From: an uncultured Eubacteriales bacterium
GTDB lineage: Bacteria > Bacillota > Clostridia > Oscillospirales > Butyricicoccaceae
Length of the DNA: 61,725 nucleotides
Reading direction: 5' to 3'
Assembly: GCA_934636325.1 (NCBI GenBank)
Contig: CAKUAK010000033.1
Coordinates: forward strand, 1-61,725
Position numbers and translations under genes: made by a program
Notes under the pieces: generated by a model
Told to the model about the DNA's origin: nothing
Database searches by the model: none
What the model saw: the letters and a program-made list of their open reading frames with translations, nothing else
Shown here: piece after piece, positions 37,006 through 44,569 of the stretch
Numbering within the stretch: the first letter of the stretch is position 1
How the letters are laid out: each line of letters begins with the position of its first letter

Positions 37006-37030
37006 TGGCTAAATGAAAACTTTTCGTGAT

Positions 37031-38158
37031 TTATTCAGACACTATTTTCCTGATTTCAGCGGCAAACGCCTCTATTTCCCGAATATTGTTGAAATACGAA
37101 AAGCTGACGCGGGCCGTGCCCTCTTCGATCGTTCCCGCGCTCTGATGGGCCAGGGGCGAACAGTGCAGCCCGCCGCGCAGACAGAAGCCCCGGGCCGCCA
37201 GTTTCAAGCACAGCTCCTCTGACGGGATATCCTTTACAGCTATCGACACAGGACCGCAGAGCGATATCCGATCGTAATACACCGTCAGGCCGCCGATATC
37301 GCGAAGGCGGGATTCGAGCCTTCGGGCCAGCATGCGCTCCTTCTGTTCGATCTGGCTCAGCCCGGTCTTTTTCACGAATCTTATGCCTTCGGCCAGCCCG
37401 GCAATACCGCAGACATTAAGGGTCCCGCTTTCAAATATATCGGGCAGCATATCGGGCTGGCTCACATTGCGCGAATCGCTGCCTGTGCCGCCCTGCATAA
37501 GGCTGTAAAGGTCATTGTCATTACAGCATATCAGTATACCGGTGCCCTGCGGGCCGTAAAGGCCCTTATGCCCCGGCATACAGATAAAGGATGTGTTTTC
37601 AAGCTCCGATACATTGACCGGCAGAACGCCGGCCGACTGCGACGCGTCTATTATCAGCTTTATACCCTTTCGGCCGCAGTATTCATCAAGCCGTTTTATC
37701 GGCAGGATGAACCCGAACACATTGGAAACATTGGTGCAGATGATGCAGGTCGTGTCATCCCGCACGGCGGCGACAATGGCATCATAGGCCGCCGCCTGAT
37801 CGAACAGCGGCGACTGCGCGACGGTATAGCTTACGTTCTCCATTGCGTTGAGCGGGCGGACGACCGAATTGTGCTCATACCCAGATATAACGGCATGGCC
37901 TCCGCCGTGGAGCTGAGACTTGATGGCGATATTGAGTGCATGCGTGGCATTCAGTGTGAAAACGATCCTCTCCGGCTCGGACACGCCGAACAGATCGGCG
38001 GCCTCCTCGCGGCATTCATACACGATCCTGGCCGCCTGCATGGCGGCGCGATGGCCGCTCCTTCCGGGATTCCCGCAGGAAAGCATGGCGGCCTCGACAG
38101 CACGGCAGACCGACGTCGGCTTATGGAGCGTTGTGGCCGCGCTGTCAAGATATATCAT
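37031..38158 (-). CDS. class-V aminotransferase / cysteine desulfurase family protein
   Basis: 375 aa. PLP-lysine context MPGHKGLYGPQGTG and C-terminal GGLHCSPLAH, typical of NifS/Csd-like enzymes lacking the IscS loop. Confidence 0.88.
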   Translation of the reverse strand: MIYLDSAATTLHKPTSVCRAVEAAMLSCGNPGRSGHRAAMQAARIVYECREEAADLFGVSEPERIVFTLNATHALNIAIKSQLHGGGHAVISGYEHNSVVRPLNAMENVSYTVAQSPLFDQAAAYDAIVAAVRDDTTCIICTNVSNVFGFILPIKRLDEYCGRKGIKLIIDASQSAGVLPVNVSELENTSFICMPGHKGLYGPQGTGILICCNDNDLYSLMQGGTGSDSRNVSQPDMLPDIFESGTLNVCGIAGLAEGIRFVKKTGLSQIEQKERMLARRLESRLRDIGGLTVYYDRISLCGPVSIAVKDIPSEELCLKLAARGFCLRGGLHCSPLAHQSAGTIEEGTARVSFSYFNNIREIEAFAAEIRKIVSE

Positions 38159-38403
38159 ATCATGACCTCCCTGTATCCGCTTCCCTCACGGACATATGCG
38201 CCGCTGATCGGAATACTTGTATTTTTAAGCGCGTCGGCGGCCCGGGAAAGCTCTCCCGTCCTTATCCTGAGCGCATAACTGCACGAGCCGCGCCCCAGCG
38301 AGACCGGCGGCTTTATTATAACGGCCGATATCCTTATCCTTGAAAGAACGGCAGCCGCCCGCTGGGCGTAGGTTATTGATTTAAAAATAATAAGACAGCC
38401 CAT
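38155..38403 (-). CDS. DUF3343 domain protein (putative S/Se carrier)
   Basis: 82 aa. The IIFKSITYAQRAAAVL...GSCSYALRI pattern matches the DUF3343 fold family. 4-nt overlap with the desulfurase gene. Confidence 0.75.
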   Translation of the reverse strand: MGCLIIFKSITYAQRAAAVLSRIRISAVIIKPPVSLGRGSCSYALRIRTGELSRAADALKNTSIPISGAYVREGSGYREVMI

Positions 38404-38450
38404 ATACAGACCCTCCCTCAGTCCAGAATATGAGCTGCCCTGAAAATATG

Positions 38451-38933
38451 TTACGCCTTATAGATAAGAGCCACCGCATGGGCCGACATGCCGTCGCCGC
38501 TGCCGGTGAAGCCAAGCTTTTCTTCGGTCTTGGCTTTAATGCCGACGCGGTCCTCCGTTATCCCCGCCGCCCCGGCTATAATGGCCTTCATGGCCGGGAT
38601 ATGGGGCATCATCTTCGGCCGCTGAGCCACTATGATCGAATCTATATTGCCTATGCTCCAGCCCTCGTCCCGCAAAAGCTGCGCCGTCCTTCGCAGCAGC
38701 TCTATGCTGTCGGCCCCCTTGTATCGCGGGTCGCTGTCGGGAAAATGGGTGCCGATATCGGCCATACCCGCGGCGCCGAAAAGAGCGTCTATTATCGCAT
38801 GGGCCAGCACGTCGGCGTCGCTGTGGCCATCGAGGCCCTTTTCAAAAGCAATATCGACGCCGCCTATTATCAGCCTGCGTCCCTCGGCCAGCCGATGGAC
38901 GTCATATCCGTTTCCGATCCTGATATCCTTCAT
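38451..38933 (-). CDS. ispF: 2-C-methyl-D-erythritol 2,4-cyclodiphosphate synthase
   Basis: IRIGNGYDVHRL and GHSDADVLAHA motifs. Confidence 0.95.
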   Translation of the reverse strand: MKDIRIGNGYDVHRLAEGRRLIIGGVDIAFEKGLDGHSDADVLAHAIIDALFGAAGMADIGTHFPDSDPRYKGADSIELLRRTAQLLRDEGWSIGNIDSIIVAQRPKMMPHIPAMKAIIAGAAGITEDRVGIKAKTEEKLGFTGSGDGMSAHAVALIYKA

Positions 38934-39646
38934 ATTTCCTCCTCAAAAAGAGCGGCGGCAATGGCAAGATCCTCTGCCGTGGTTATTTTTATATTGCGGA
39001 ACGAGCCATCGACCAGCGCGGGCTTGGCCCCCAGAGCCTCCAGCGCGGCGCAATCGTCGGTCGCCGTTATCCCCTTGTCGATACAGTTTTTAAGCGCGGC
39101 GGCCAGAAGCTGCCTGTCCGAACCCTGCGGCGTCTGCATGGCGCGCATACGGCTGCGGTCGGCAAGGGCGATCGCCCCGGTGTCAGGGTCTATCACCCTT
39201 ATGGTATCATTGACCGGGACGGCGGCGGCGGCACAGCCGGTCTCGATCGTCTTTTCGACGACGCGGTCGATGACCTCTGCCGTAACGAGCGGCCGCGCGC
39301 CGTCGTGGACAAGGACATAAGCGCAGTCGGGCCCGCAGGCGCACACGCCCTTGTATACGCTTTCGGCGCGGGATGCCCCGCCCGACACCACCTGCGTCAC
39401 CTTGGATATTTCAAAGGTCCGGGCAAGATCGGCATAATCGAGCAGCAGGTCTTCGCGCGCCACGATGACGATCTCGTCTATATTCCCGTTTGCCTCAAAA
39501 GCCCTTAATGTATGAGCGAGCACCGGCATGCCCGCCACCTCTGCCAGCAGCTTGTTGCCGCCCTTCATCCTGGTCGACGATCCGCCTGCCGCGATAACGG
39601 CGGCGACATGCGGACGCTCCGGCTTCTTTTTAAACAGACCGAACAT
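38930..39646 (-). CDS. ispD: 2-C-methyl-D-erythritol 4-phosphate cytidylyltransferase
   Basis: VIAAGGSSTRM P-loop-like motif. 4-nt overlap with ispF. Confidence 0.93.
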   Translation of the reverse strand: MFGLFKKKPERPHVAAVIAAGGSSTRMKGGNKLLAEVAGMPVLAHTLRAFEANGNIDEIVIVAREDLLLDYADLARTFEISKVTQVVSGGASRAESVYKGVCACGPDCAYVLVHDGARPLVTAEVIDRVVEKTIETGCAAAAVPVNDTIRVIDPDTGAIALADRSRMRAMQTPQGSDRQLLAAALKNCIDKGITATDDCAALEALGAKPALVDGSFRNIKITTAEDLAIAAALFEEEI

Positions 39647-39718
39647 GGCTCATCCTCCCCGAAACACCTCTCAAAGCATCCTTTAGTCATCACGGCGCCG
39701 GCTGCGCCATATGTTATC

Positions 39719-39746
39719 ATTATACACGCCGGGCATATATTTTCAA
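39719..39746 (-). promoter_or_regulatory. sigma-A type promoter for the ispDF operon
   Basis: Minus strand: TTGAAA (39741-39746), 16 nt, TATAAT (39719-39724). Confidence 0.5.
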
Positions 39747-39758
39747 GCCGGACAGCAC

Positions 39759-39786
39759 CAGAGGGGACGCCTCAGCGCCCCCTCTG
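39759..39786. other. GC-rich hairpin 3' of spo0A (possible U-tract-less terminator)
   Basis: CAGAGGGGACGC / GCGCCCCCTCTG 12-bp stem (1 mismatch) with loop CTCA. Confidence 0.4.
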
Positions 39787-39798
39787 TGCGATCGGGAA

Positions 39799-39830
39799 TC
39801 TTCCATTTTTTCGGCTCTTCCATTTTTCGG
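39799..39830. repeat. tandem direct repeat (16 + 15 nt)
   Basis: Plus strand: TCTTCCATTTTTTCGG, c, TCTTCCATTTTTCGG. On the minus strand the copies contain TGCCGAA and AGCCGAA cores. Confidence 0.8.
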
Positions 39831-39864
39831 CACCCTGCCGCCTGCCCCTTTTTACAGCCGGCCT

Positions 39865-40644
39865 TTATCCGACGTCGCACATATCAAGACGGATCTTGTC
39901 GGCGATCATCGAAATAAACTCCCCGTTTGTCGGCTTTCCCTTTGTGTTGGACACCGTGTATCCAAAGAAATGATTGAGGACCTCCACGTCCCCGCGATCC
40001 CACGCGACCTCTATTGCGTGGCGGATAGCCCTTTCTACCCGCGACGAGGTCGTCTGGTGGTTTTTGGCGACGGCGGGATACAGCACCTTTGTTATCGAGT
40101 TTATCGTCTCGATATTATGAACAGCCATGATTATCGACTCTCTAAGATACTGATAACCCTTTATATGTGCCGGAACGCCTATCTCGTGAAATATCTGTGT
40201 CACCTTGACCTCCAGCTCGTGCCGGGCCGCGGCATCGTCCAGCTTCTCCAGCCGCGCCGTTTCCGGGGTGCGCCGGTATTTGAGCACCCTTTCGGCCAGG
40301 GTCGCATAGTCGATCGGCTCGAGCATAAGGAACGACACATCAAGGTCGATGGCCTCGGCGCTCATGCCCTGGCTGACAAAAGAGCTGGTGACAATGGTGA
40401 ACACCTTTTCGCCGCCGGGGATCTGCCTGATGGCCTTTATCGCCGCAAGACCGTCTATCCCCGGCAGCATGGCCGACGTAATGACGACCTGTGGGTGGTG
40501 ACGCCTGAAGGCCTCGATAAGCTCGGCTCCGGTCGACGGCATTTCGACTATCTCGATCCGCCCGTCGGAGCACAGCATATCGCGCATGACCTGACGCCTC
40601 TCGCTTCTGTCTACTGCTGCAACAACTTTAATGATTTCCTCCAT
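39865..40644 (-). CDS. spo0A: Spo0A-family sporulation master regulator with atypical (degenerate) receiver domain
   Basis: C-terminal domain carries [39 protein letters not shown] and KPTNGEFI signatures. ATG at 40644 (MEEIIKVV...). The receiver region has V11, S57 and E109 where Asp, Asp and Lys are expected. Confidence 0.9.
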   Translation of the reverse strand: MEEIIKVVAAVDRSERRQVMRDMLCSDGRIEIVEMPSTGAELIEAFRRHHPQVVITSAMLPGIDGLAAIKAIRQIPGGEKVFTIVTSSFVSQGMSAEAIDLDVSFLMLEPIDYATLAERVLKYRRTPETARLEKLDDAAARHELEVKVTQIFHEIGVPAHIKGYQYLRESIIMAVHNIETINSITKVLYPAVAKNHQTTSSRVERAIRHAIEVAWDRGDVEVLNHFFGYTVSNTKGKPTNGEFISMIADKIRLDMCDVG

Positions 40645-40708
40645 CTTTGGCACCTCTTCCGATTCTTCTTTGGCTGTCCGCAAATTAAAATTACCATATT
40701 TTGGGATA

Positions 40709-40739
40709 AAATTCAATATCTTTTTCGAAATTTCCCTAT
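40709..40739 (-). promoter_or_regulatory. sigma-H-like promoter upstream of spo0A
   Basis: Minus strand: atAGGGAAA (40731-40739), 13 nt, attGAATtt (40709-40717). Compare the sigma-H consensus RnAGGAwww / RnnGAATww. Confidence 0.45.
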
Positions 40740-40745
40740 AATCTT

Positions 40746-40772
40746 TTCGACATTTTCCGACACGATCCGACG
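40746..40772 (-). promoter_or_regulatory. three phased 0A-box-like repeats
   Basis: Minus strand: CGTCGGA (40766-40772), TGTCGGA (40756-40762), TGTCGAA (40746-40752), at exact 10-nt spacing. The proximal box equals the TGNCGAA 0A-box consensus and sits 6 nt upstream of the -35-like element. Confidence 0.5.
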
Positions 40773-40845
40773 TTTTTAGGTTAAAATGACAAACAGCCGT
40801 TGTCGATTTTCCCATGATATTGATATCAAAAAGATACCTTTATCG

Positions 40846-40876
40846 GCCTATACCGGCCTTTTGCGCCGGTATAGGC
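40846..40876. other. perfect 12-bp hairpin
   Basis: GCCTATACCGGC (40846-40857) / GCCGGTATAGGC (40865-40876), just downstream of the pfk terminator. Confidence 0.6.
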
Positions 40877-40879
40877 GGG

Positions 40880-40909
40880 AAAAATACCGCCAGAGACTTC
40901 GGTATTTTA
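40880..40909 (-). terminator. rho-independent terminator after pfk
   Basis: AAAATACCG / CGGTATTTT stem immediately after the stop at 40910. On the minus strand it ends in UUUUU. Confidence 0.6.
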
Positions 40910-42145
40910 TCAGGCCCTGACCTTTTTGAGCTGGGCAAATCTGGGCAGACCGTTTTCCCAGCAATAGGGGTTTTCTCCCTTTATAAGGGGCAGAGCATAG
41001 GCGAAGAACTCGTCCTTTATGCCCGTGCCATCCTCGGTGATCCATTCCAGGGGGAACTTTTTTTCTGTATTGGCGACGACCGAAAGATCGAGCAGCTCTA
41101 CCTTCGGGGCATATTCTTCGCCCTCGCCACGGCTGATTGCGACCATGCGATCGGTGACGCCGCTGACGGCGGCCTTGACGGCCTCCTTCCCCATAAGTAC
41201 GGCCTCATTCACATCGGTCTCGGATGCGCAATGGGCGGCACAGCGCTGCATGAGCGAGAACTCAATGGCACGCACCTTGGCGCCGGTGGCGGCCTTGACG
41301 GCCGAAGCCAGGTACGCGGCCGAGCCGCCCATCTGCTTGTGGCCGAAGGCGTCAGCCGCGCCGCCCTTGCTGGCATATTCAGCGATAAAGACGCCGTCCT
41401 TATCCTTTATGCCCTCAGAGATAACGGCGATGCAGTTGCCCTTTTCCTTATAGCATGCCGCGGCGCGCTCGACGAAAGAGTCGACGTCAAAGGGCAGCTC
41501 GGGCAGATAGATAAGATCGGGGGCACAGCCGCTCTTGCCCGCCAGCGCGGCGGCGGCCGTCAGCCAGCCGGCATTCCTGCCCATTGCCTCGATTATCGTT
41601 ATGGCGCCGGTGTCATATACCGTGGCGTCACGATAGATCTCAGCGCAGGAGGCGGCGATATACTTTGCCGCCGAGCCATAGCCGGGGCAATGGTCTGTGC
41701 CGAAAAGGTCGTTGTCGATCGTCTTGGGTATGCCTATAACGCGGCACTCGTAGCCCTGGCTGAGCAGGTATTTTGAGACCTTGTTGCAGGTGTCCATCGA
41801 ATCGTTGCCGCCGTTATAGAAGAAATAACGGACATCGTATTTTTTGAATATTTCAAGTATGCGCTTATAGTCGGTGTCATCGACCGAAGAATCCTTGAGC
41901 TTATACCGGCAGGAGCCAAGGGCCGACGAGGGCGTGCTTTTGAGCAGCTCGAGCTCGCGGGGATCTTCCTTTGAGATATCGTAAAGGACATCGTCCAGAA
42001 CGCCCTTTATGCCATGGGCCGCGCCGAGAACGCGGGTGATGTTGGGATCCTTGAGCGCCTGGCTGAACACGCCGTAAGCGCTGGAGTTTATAACGGAAGT
42101 CGGCCCGCCCGACTGGCCGAAGATACATGCACCTTTAAGAGACAT
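40910..42145 (-). CDS. pfp: 6-phosphofructokinase, long clostridial type, probably pyrophosphate-dependent
   Basis: GQSGGPTSVINSS N-terminus. GGNDS (Asp at the E. coli Gly104 position), PKTIDND (Lys at the Gly124 position) and MGRNAGW. Confidence 0.85.
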   Translation of the reverse strand: MSLKGACIFGQSGGPTSVINSSAYGVFSQALKDPNITRVLGAAHGIKGVLDDVLYDISKEDPRELELLKSTPSSALGSCRYKLKDSSVDDTDYKRILEIFKKYDVRYFFYNGGNDSMDTCNKVSKYLLSQGYECRVIGIPKTIDNDLFGTDHCPGYGSAAKYIAASCAEIYRDATVYDTGAITIIEAMGRNAGWLTAAAALAGKSGCAPDLIYLPELPFDVDSFVERAAACYKEKGNCIAVISEGIKDKDGVFIAEYASKGGAADAFGHKQMGGSAAYLASAVKAATGAKVRAIEFSLMQRCAAHCASETDVNEAVLMGKEAVKAAVSGVTDRMVAISRGEGEEYAPKVELLDLSVVANTEKKFPLEWITEDGTGIKDEFFAYALPLIKGENPYCWENGLPRFAQLKKVRA

Positions 42146-42241
42146 CGAAAAAACCTCCAGTATGATTATATGGAAAGTTTATCACACACCCATGAAAAAA
42201 ACAACCGAACATTGCCCGGCCGACGCCTGTCAACTATTTGA

Positions 42242-42270
42242 TTGAATATTTGCGCAAATGCTGTTAGAAT
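42242..42270 (+). promoter_or_regulatory. sigma-A type promoter for fba with embedded palindrome
   Basis: TTGAAT (42242-42247), 17 nt, TGtTAGAAT (TAGAAT at 42265-42270). The spacer begins with the perfect palindrome ATTTGCGCAAAT (42248-42259). Confidence 0.55.
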
Positions 42271-42305
42271 ACAAATATACGTTATGTAAGGAGGGTGCAT
42301 GAACC

Positions 42306-43241
42306 ATGCCGCTTGTAACAACAAAAGAAATGTTCGAAAACGCCTATAAGGGCGGATACGCCATCGGCGCTTTCAATGTAAACAATATGGAGATAATCCA
42401 GGGCATCACAGAGGCTGCCATGGAAGAGCGCTCGCCCGTCATCCTTCAGGTGTCGGCCGGCGCTCGCAAATATGCAAGACACACCTATCTCGTAAAGCTG
42501 GTGGAAGCCGCCATCATCGAGACCGGCGTTCCCATCGCCCTGCATCTCGATCACGGCGAAAACTTTGATATATGCAAGGCCTGTGTCGACGGCGGATTTT
42601 CGTCGGTCATGATCGACGGTTCGAAATACAGCTTCGAGGACAACATTGCTCTCACCAAGCAGGTCGTCGATTATGCCCATTCCAAGGGTGTCGTCGTCGA
42701 GGGCGAGCTGGGCAGGCTCTCGGGCATTGAGGACGCCGTCAATGTTTCGGATGAGGACGCGCAGTTCACCGATCCCGCACAGGTCGAAGAGTTCGTCGCC
42801 CGCACCGGTGTCGACTCGCTGGCCATCGCCATCGGCACCAGTCACGGCGCATACAAGTTCAAGCCCGGCCAGAAGCCCAGGCTGCGCTTCGACATCCTTG
42901 AAAAGATCCAGAACAGGCTCGAGGGCTTCCCCATCGTCCTCCACGGCGCATCCTCCGTTCCCCAGGAGCAGGTAGCCATCATCAACAAGTTCGGCGGTGC
43001 CATGCCCGATGCCATCGGCATCCCCGAGGATATGCTGCGCCAGGCCGCCAAGATGGCAGTCTGCAAGATCAACATCGACTCTGACCTTCGAATCTGCATG
43101 ACGGCCGCTGTCCGCCAGCATCTGGCCGAACATCCCGATCATTTCGATCCCAGGCAGTATCTGACCGACGGCAGGACGGCCATCAAGAATATCGTCGCAC
43201 ACAAGATGCGCGATGTTCTCGGCTCTTCCGGCACACTTTAA
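42306..43241 (+). CDS. fba: class II fructose-1,6-bisphosphate aldolase
   Basis: MPLVTTKEMFENAYKGGYAIGAFNVNN, HLDHG, GELG and HGASS motifs. AAGGAGG upstream. Confidence 0.95.
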   Translation: MPLVTTKEMFENAYKGGYAIGAFNVNNMEIIQGITEAAMEERSPVILQVSAGARKYARHTYLVKLVEAAIIETGVPIALHLDHGENFDICKACVDGGFSSVMIDGSKYSFEDNIALTKQVVDYAHSKGVVVEGELGRLSGIEDAVNVSDEDAQFTDPAQVEEFVARTGVDSLAIAIGTSHGAYKFKPGQKPRLRFDILEKIQNRLEGFPIVLHGASSVPQEQVAIINKFGGAMPDAIGIPEDMLRQAAKMAVCKINIDSDLRICMTAAVRQHLAEHPDHFDPRQYLTDGRTAIKNIVAHKMRDVLGSSGTL

Positions 43242-43258
43242 TTTCAGATGATCTTCAG

Positions 43259-43296
43259 GACCCGGCTGTTTCAAAACGGCCGGGTCTTATTTTTTC
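43259..43296 (+). terminator. rho-independent terminator after fba
   Basis: GACCCGGC / GCCGGGTC stem followed by TTATTTTTTC. Confidence 0.7.
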
Positions 43297-43387
43297 AAAA
43301 AAACCTGGCATTTCTTTGAATGGCATGTTTTTTAAAGTCGTTTTTCATCTCCGCAGGGCAAAATAGCTATCGAAGGGAGCGTGAAAA

Positions 43388-44437
43388 ATGATCTGTCAGA
43401 AAATCAGAAAAAAATTGGCAAAAACAGCGGCATTTCTTATGGCCGCGGCATTATGTTTCCCGATTTTTACCGAAAATATCAATGCCGCGGGCAAAAAGCT
43501 CATCCCTCTCGGCCGCACGACCGGCATCAAACTCTTCTCCGGCGGCGCGATGGTGGTCGGCTTTGCCTCCTCCGAGGCGACCGGAGGCCCATCGCCTGCC
43601 CAGCGGGGCGGCCTGTGTATCGGCGACGTCATAATGGCGGTCGACGGCATATCGGTCGAAAGCAACGAGGAGCTTTCCTCCGCCCTATCCTCTCTCAAAT
43701 GCGACAGTACCATGCTGACCGTCCGCCGCGGCGGCGATACCCTCGACGTCACGGTCGGCGGTCTGCTTCCCGATGAGGGCGGCGGATACCGTCTCGGGGC
43801 ATGGGTGCGCGACAGCATGGCCGGCATAGGCACGATAACCTTTGTCGACCCGACCACCGGCGAGTTCGGCGCGCTGGGTCACGGCATATGCGACGTCGAT
43901 ACCGGCAGGCTCATGCCCTTTGACAACGGCAGCACCATGACCTCGACCGTGACCGGCGCCGTCCGCGGCCAGAGGGGCAAGCCGGGGCAGCTAACCGGCG
44001 AGTTCGATCTGCGGCAGGACAGCGGAGTTCTACGCGAAAACACCGGCGGCGGCATATTCGGCGTCCTGACCGACAAAAGCCTATACAGCGGCCTTAAAGC
44101 CGTCGAGACGGCAGGGATCGACGATGTCCGATGCGGCAAGGTCGAGATACTCTCGAATGTAAACGGCACAGAAGTCGAGCGCTATTCGGCAAAGATCACA
44201 CGCATAATGAAAAACGAGGAAAGCGGCCGTGACTTCATGCTTGAGATAACAGACGACCGGCTTATCGGCCGGACCGGAGGCATCGTCCAGGGCATGAGCG
44301 GAAGCCCGATCCTTCAGGACGGCCGCCTGATCGGCGCCGTCACCCATGTTCTCATCAATGATCCCGAGCAGGGCTATGGTATATCCATCGACAATATGAT
44401 GGGTTATTCAAGCACCCTTACCCTCAGCGCAGCATAA
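43388..44437 (+). CDS. spoIVB: SpoIVB peptidase (S55 signalling serine protease with PDZ domain)
   Basis: N-terminal signal/TM, PDZ segment (GDVIMAVDGISV), GTITFVDPTTGEFGALGH (His) and GIVQGMSGSPI (Ser). Confidence 0.92.
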   Translation: MICQKIRKKLAKTAAFLMAAALCFPIFTENINAAGKKLIPLGRTTGIKLFSGGAMVVGFASSEATGGPSPAQRGGLCIGDVIMAVDGISVESNEELSSALSSLKCDSTMLTVRRGGDTLDVTVGGLLPDEGGGYRLGAWVRDSMAGIGTITFVDPTTGEFGALGHGICDVDTGRLMPFDNGSTMTSTVTGAVRGQRGKPGQLTGEFDLRQDSGVLRENTGGGIFGVLTDKSLYSGLKAVETAGIDDVRCGKVEILSNVNGTEVERYSAKITRIMKNEESGRDFMLEITDDRLIGRTGGIVQGMSGSPILQDGRLIGAVTHVLINDPEQGYGISIDNMMGYSSTLTLSAA

Positions 44438-44443
44438 AACACA

Positions 44444-44478
44444 AGTATTCCGGCGGGGACATCCCGCCGGAATACTTT
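44444..44478 (+). terminator. hairpin terminator after spoIVB
   Basis: Perfect 14-bp stem AGTATTCCGGCGGG / CCCGCCGGAATACT. Only a short U-tract follows. Confidence 0.55.
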
Positions 44479-44485
44479 CCGGTCA

Positions 44486-44514
44486 TTGACAAAGACCGAC
44501 GATGCTCATATAAT
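44486..44514 (+). promoter_or_regulatory. consensus sigma-A promoter for mnmA
   Basis: TTGACA (44486-44491), 17 nt, TATAAT (44509-44514). The track's ORF start at 44486 falls inside this promoter. Confidence 0.65.
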
Positions 44515-44569
44515 TACATTTAACATACTTATTCAGTATGAATTAGATCATCGGAGAACCGTGATATAT

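Noticed and set aside
42282-43274. A 330-aa minus-strand ORF almost exactly co-extensive with fba.
   Set aside because: The plus-strand product is a full-length class II aldolase with all motifs plus an SD, promoter and terminator. The antisense product has no recognisable features. The coincidence of boundaries is explained by the flanking AT-rich intergenic stops.
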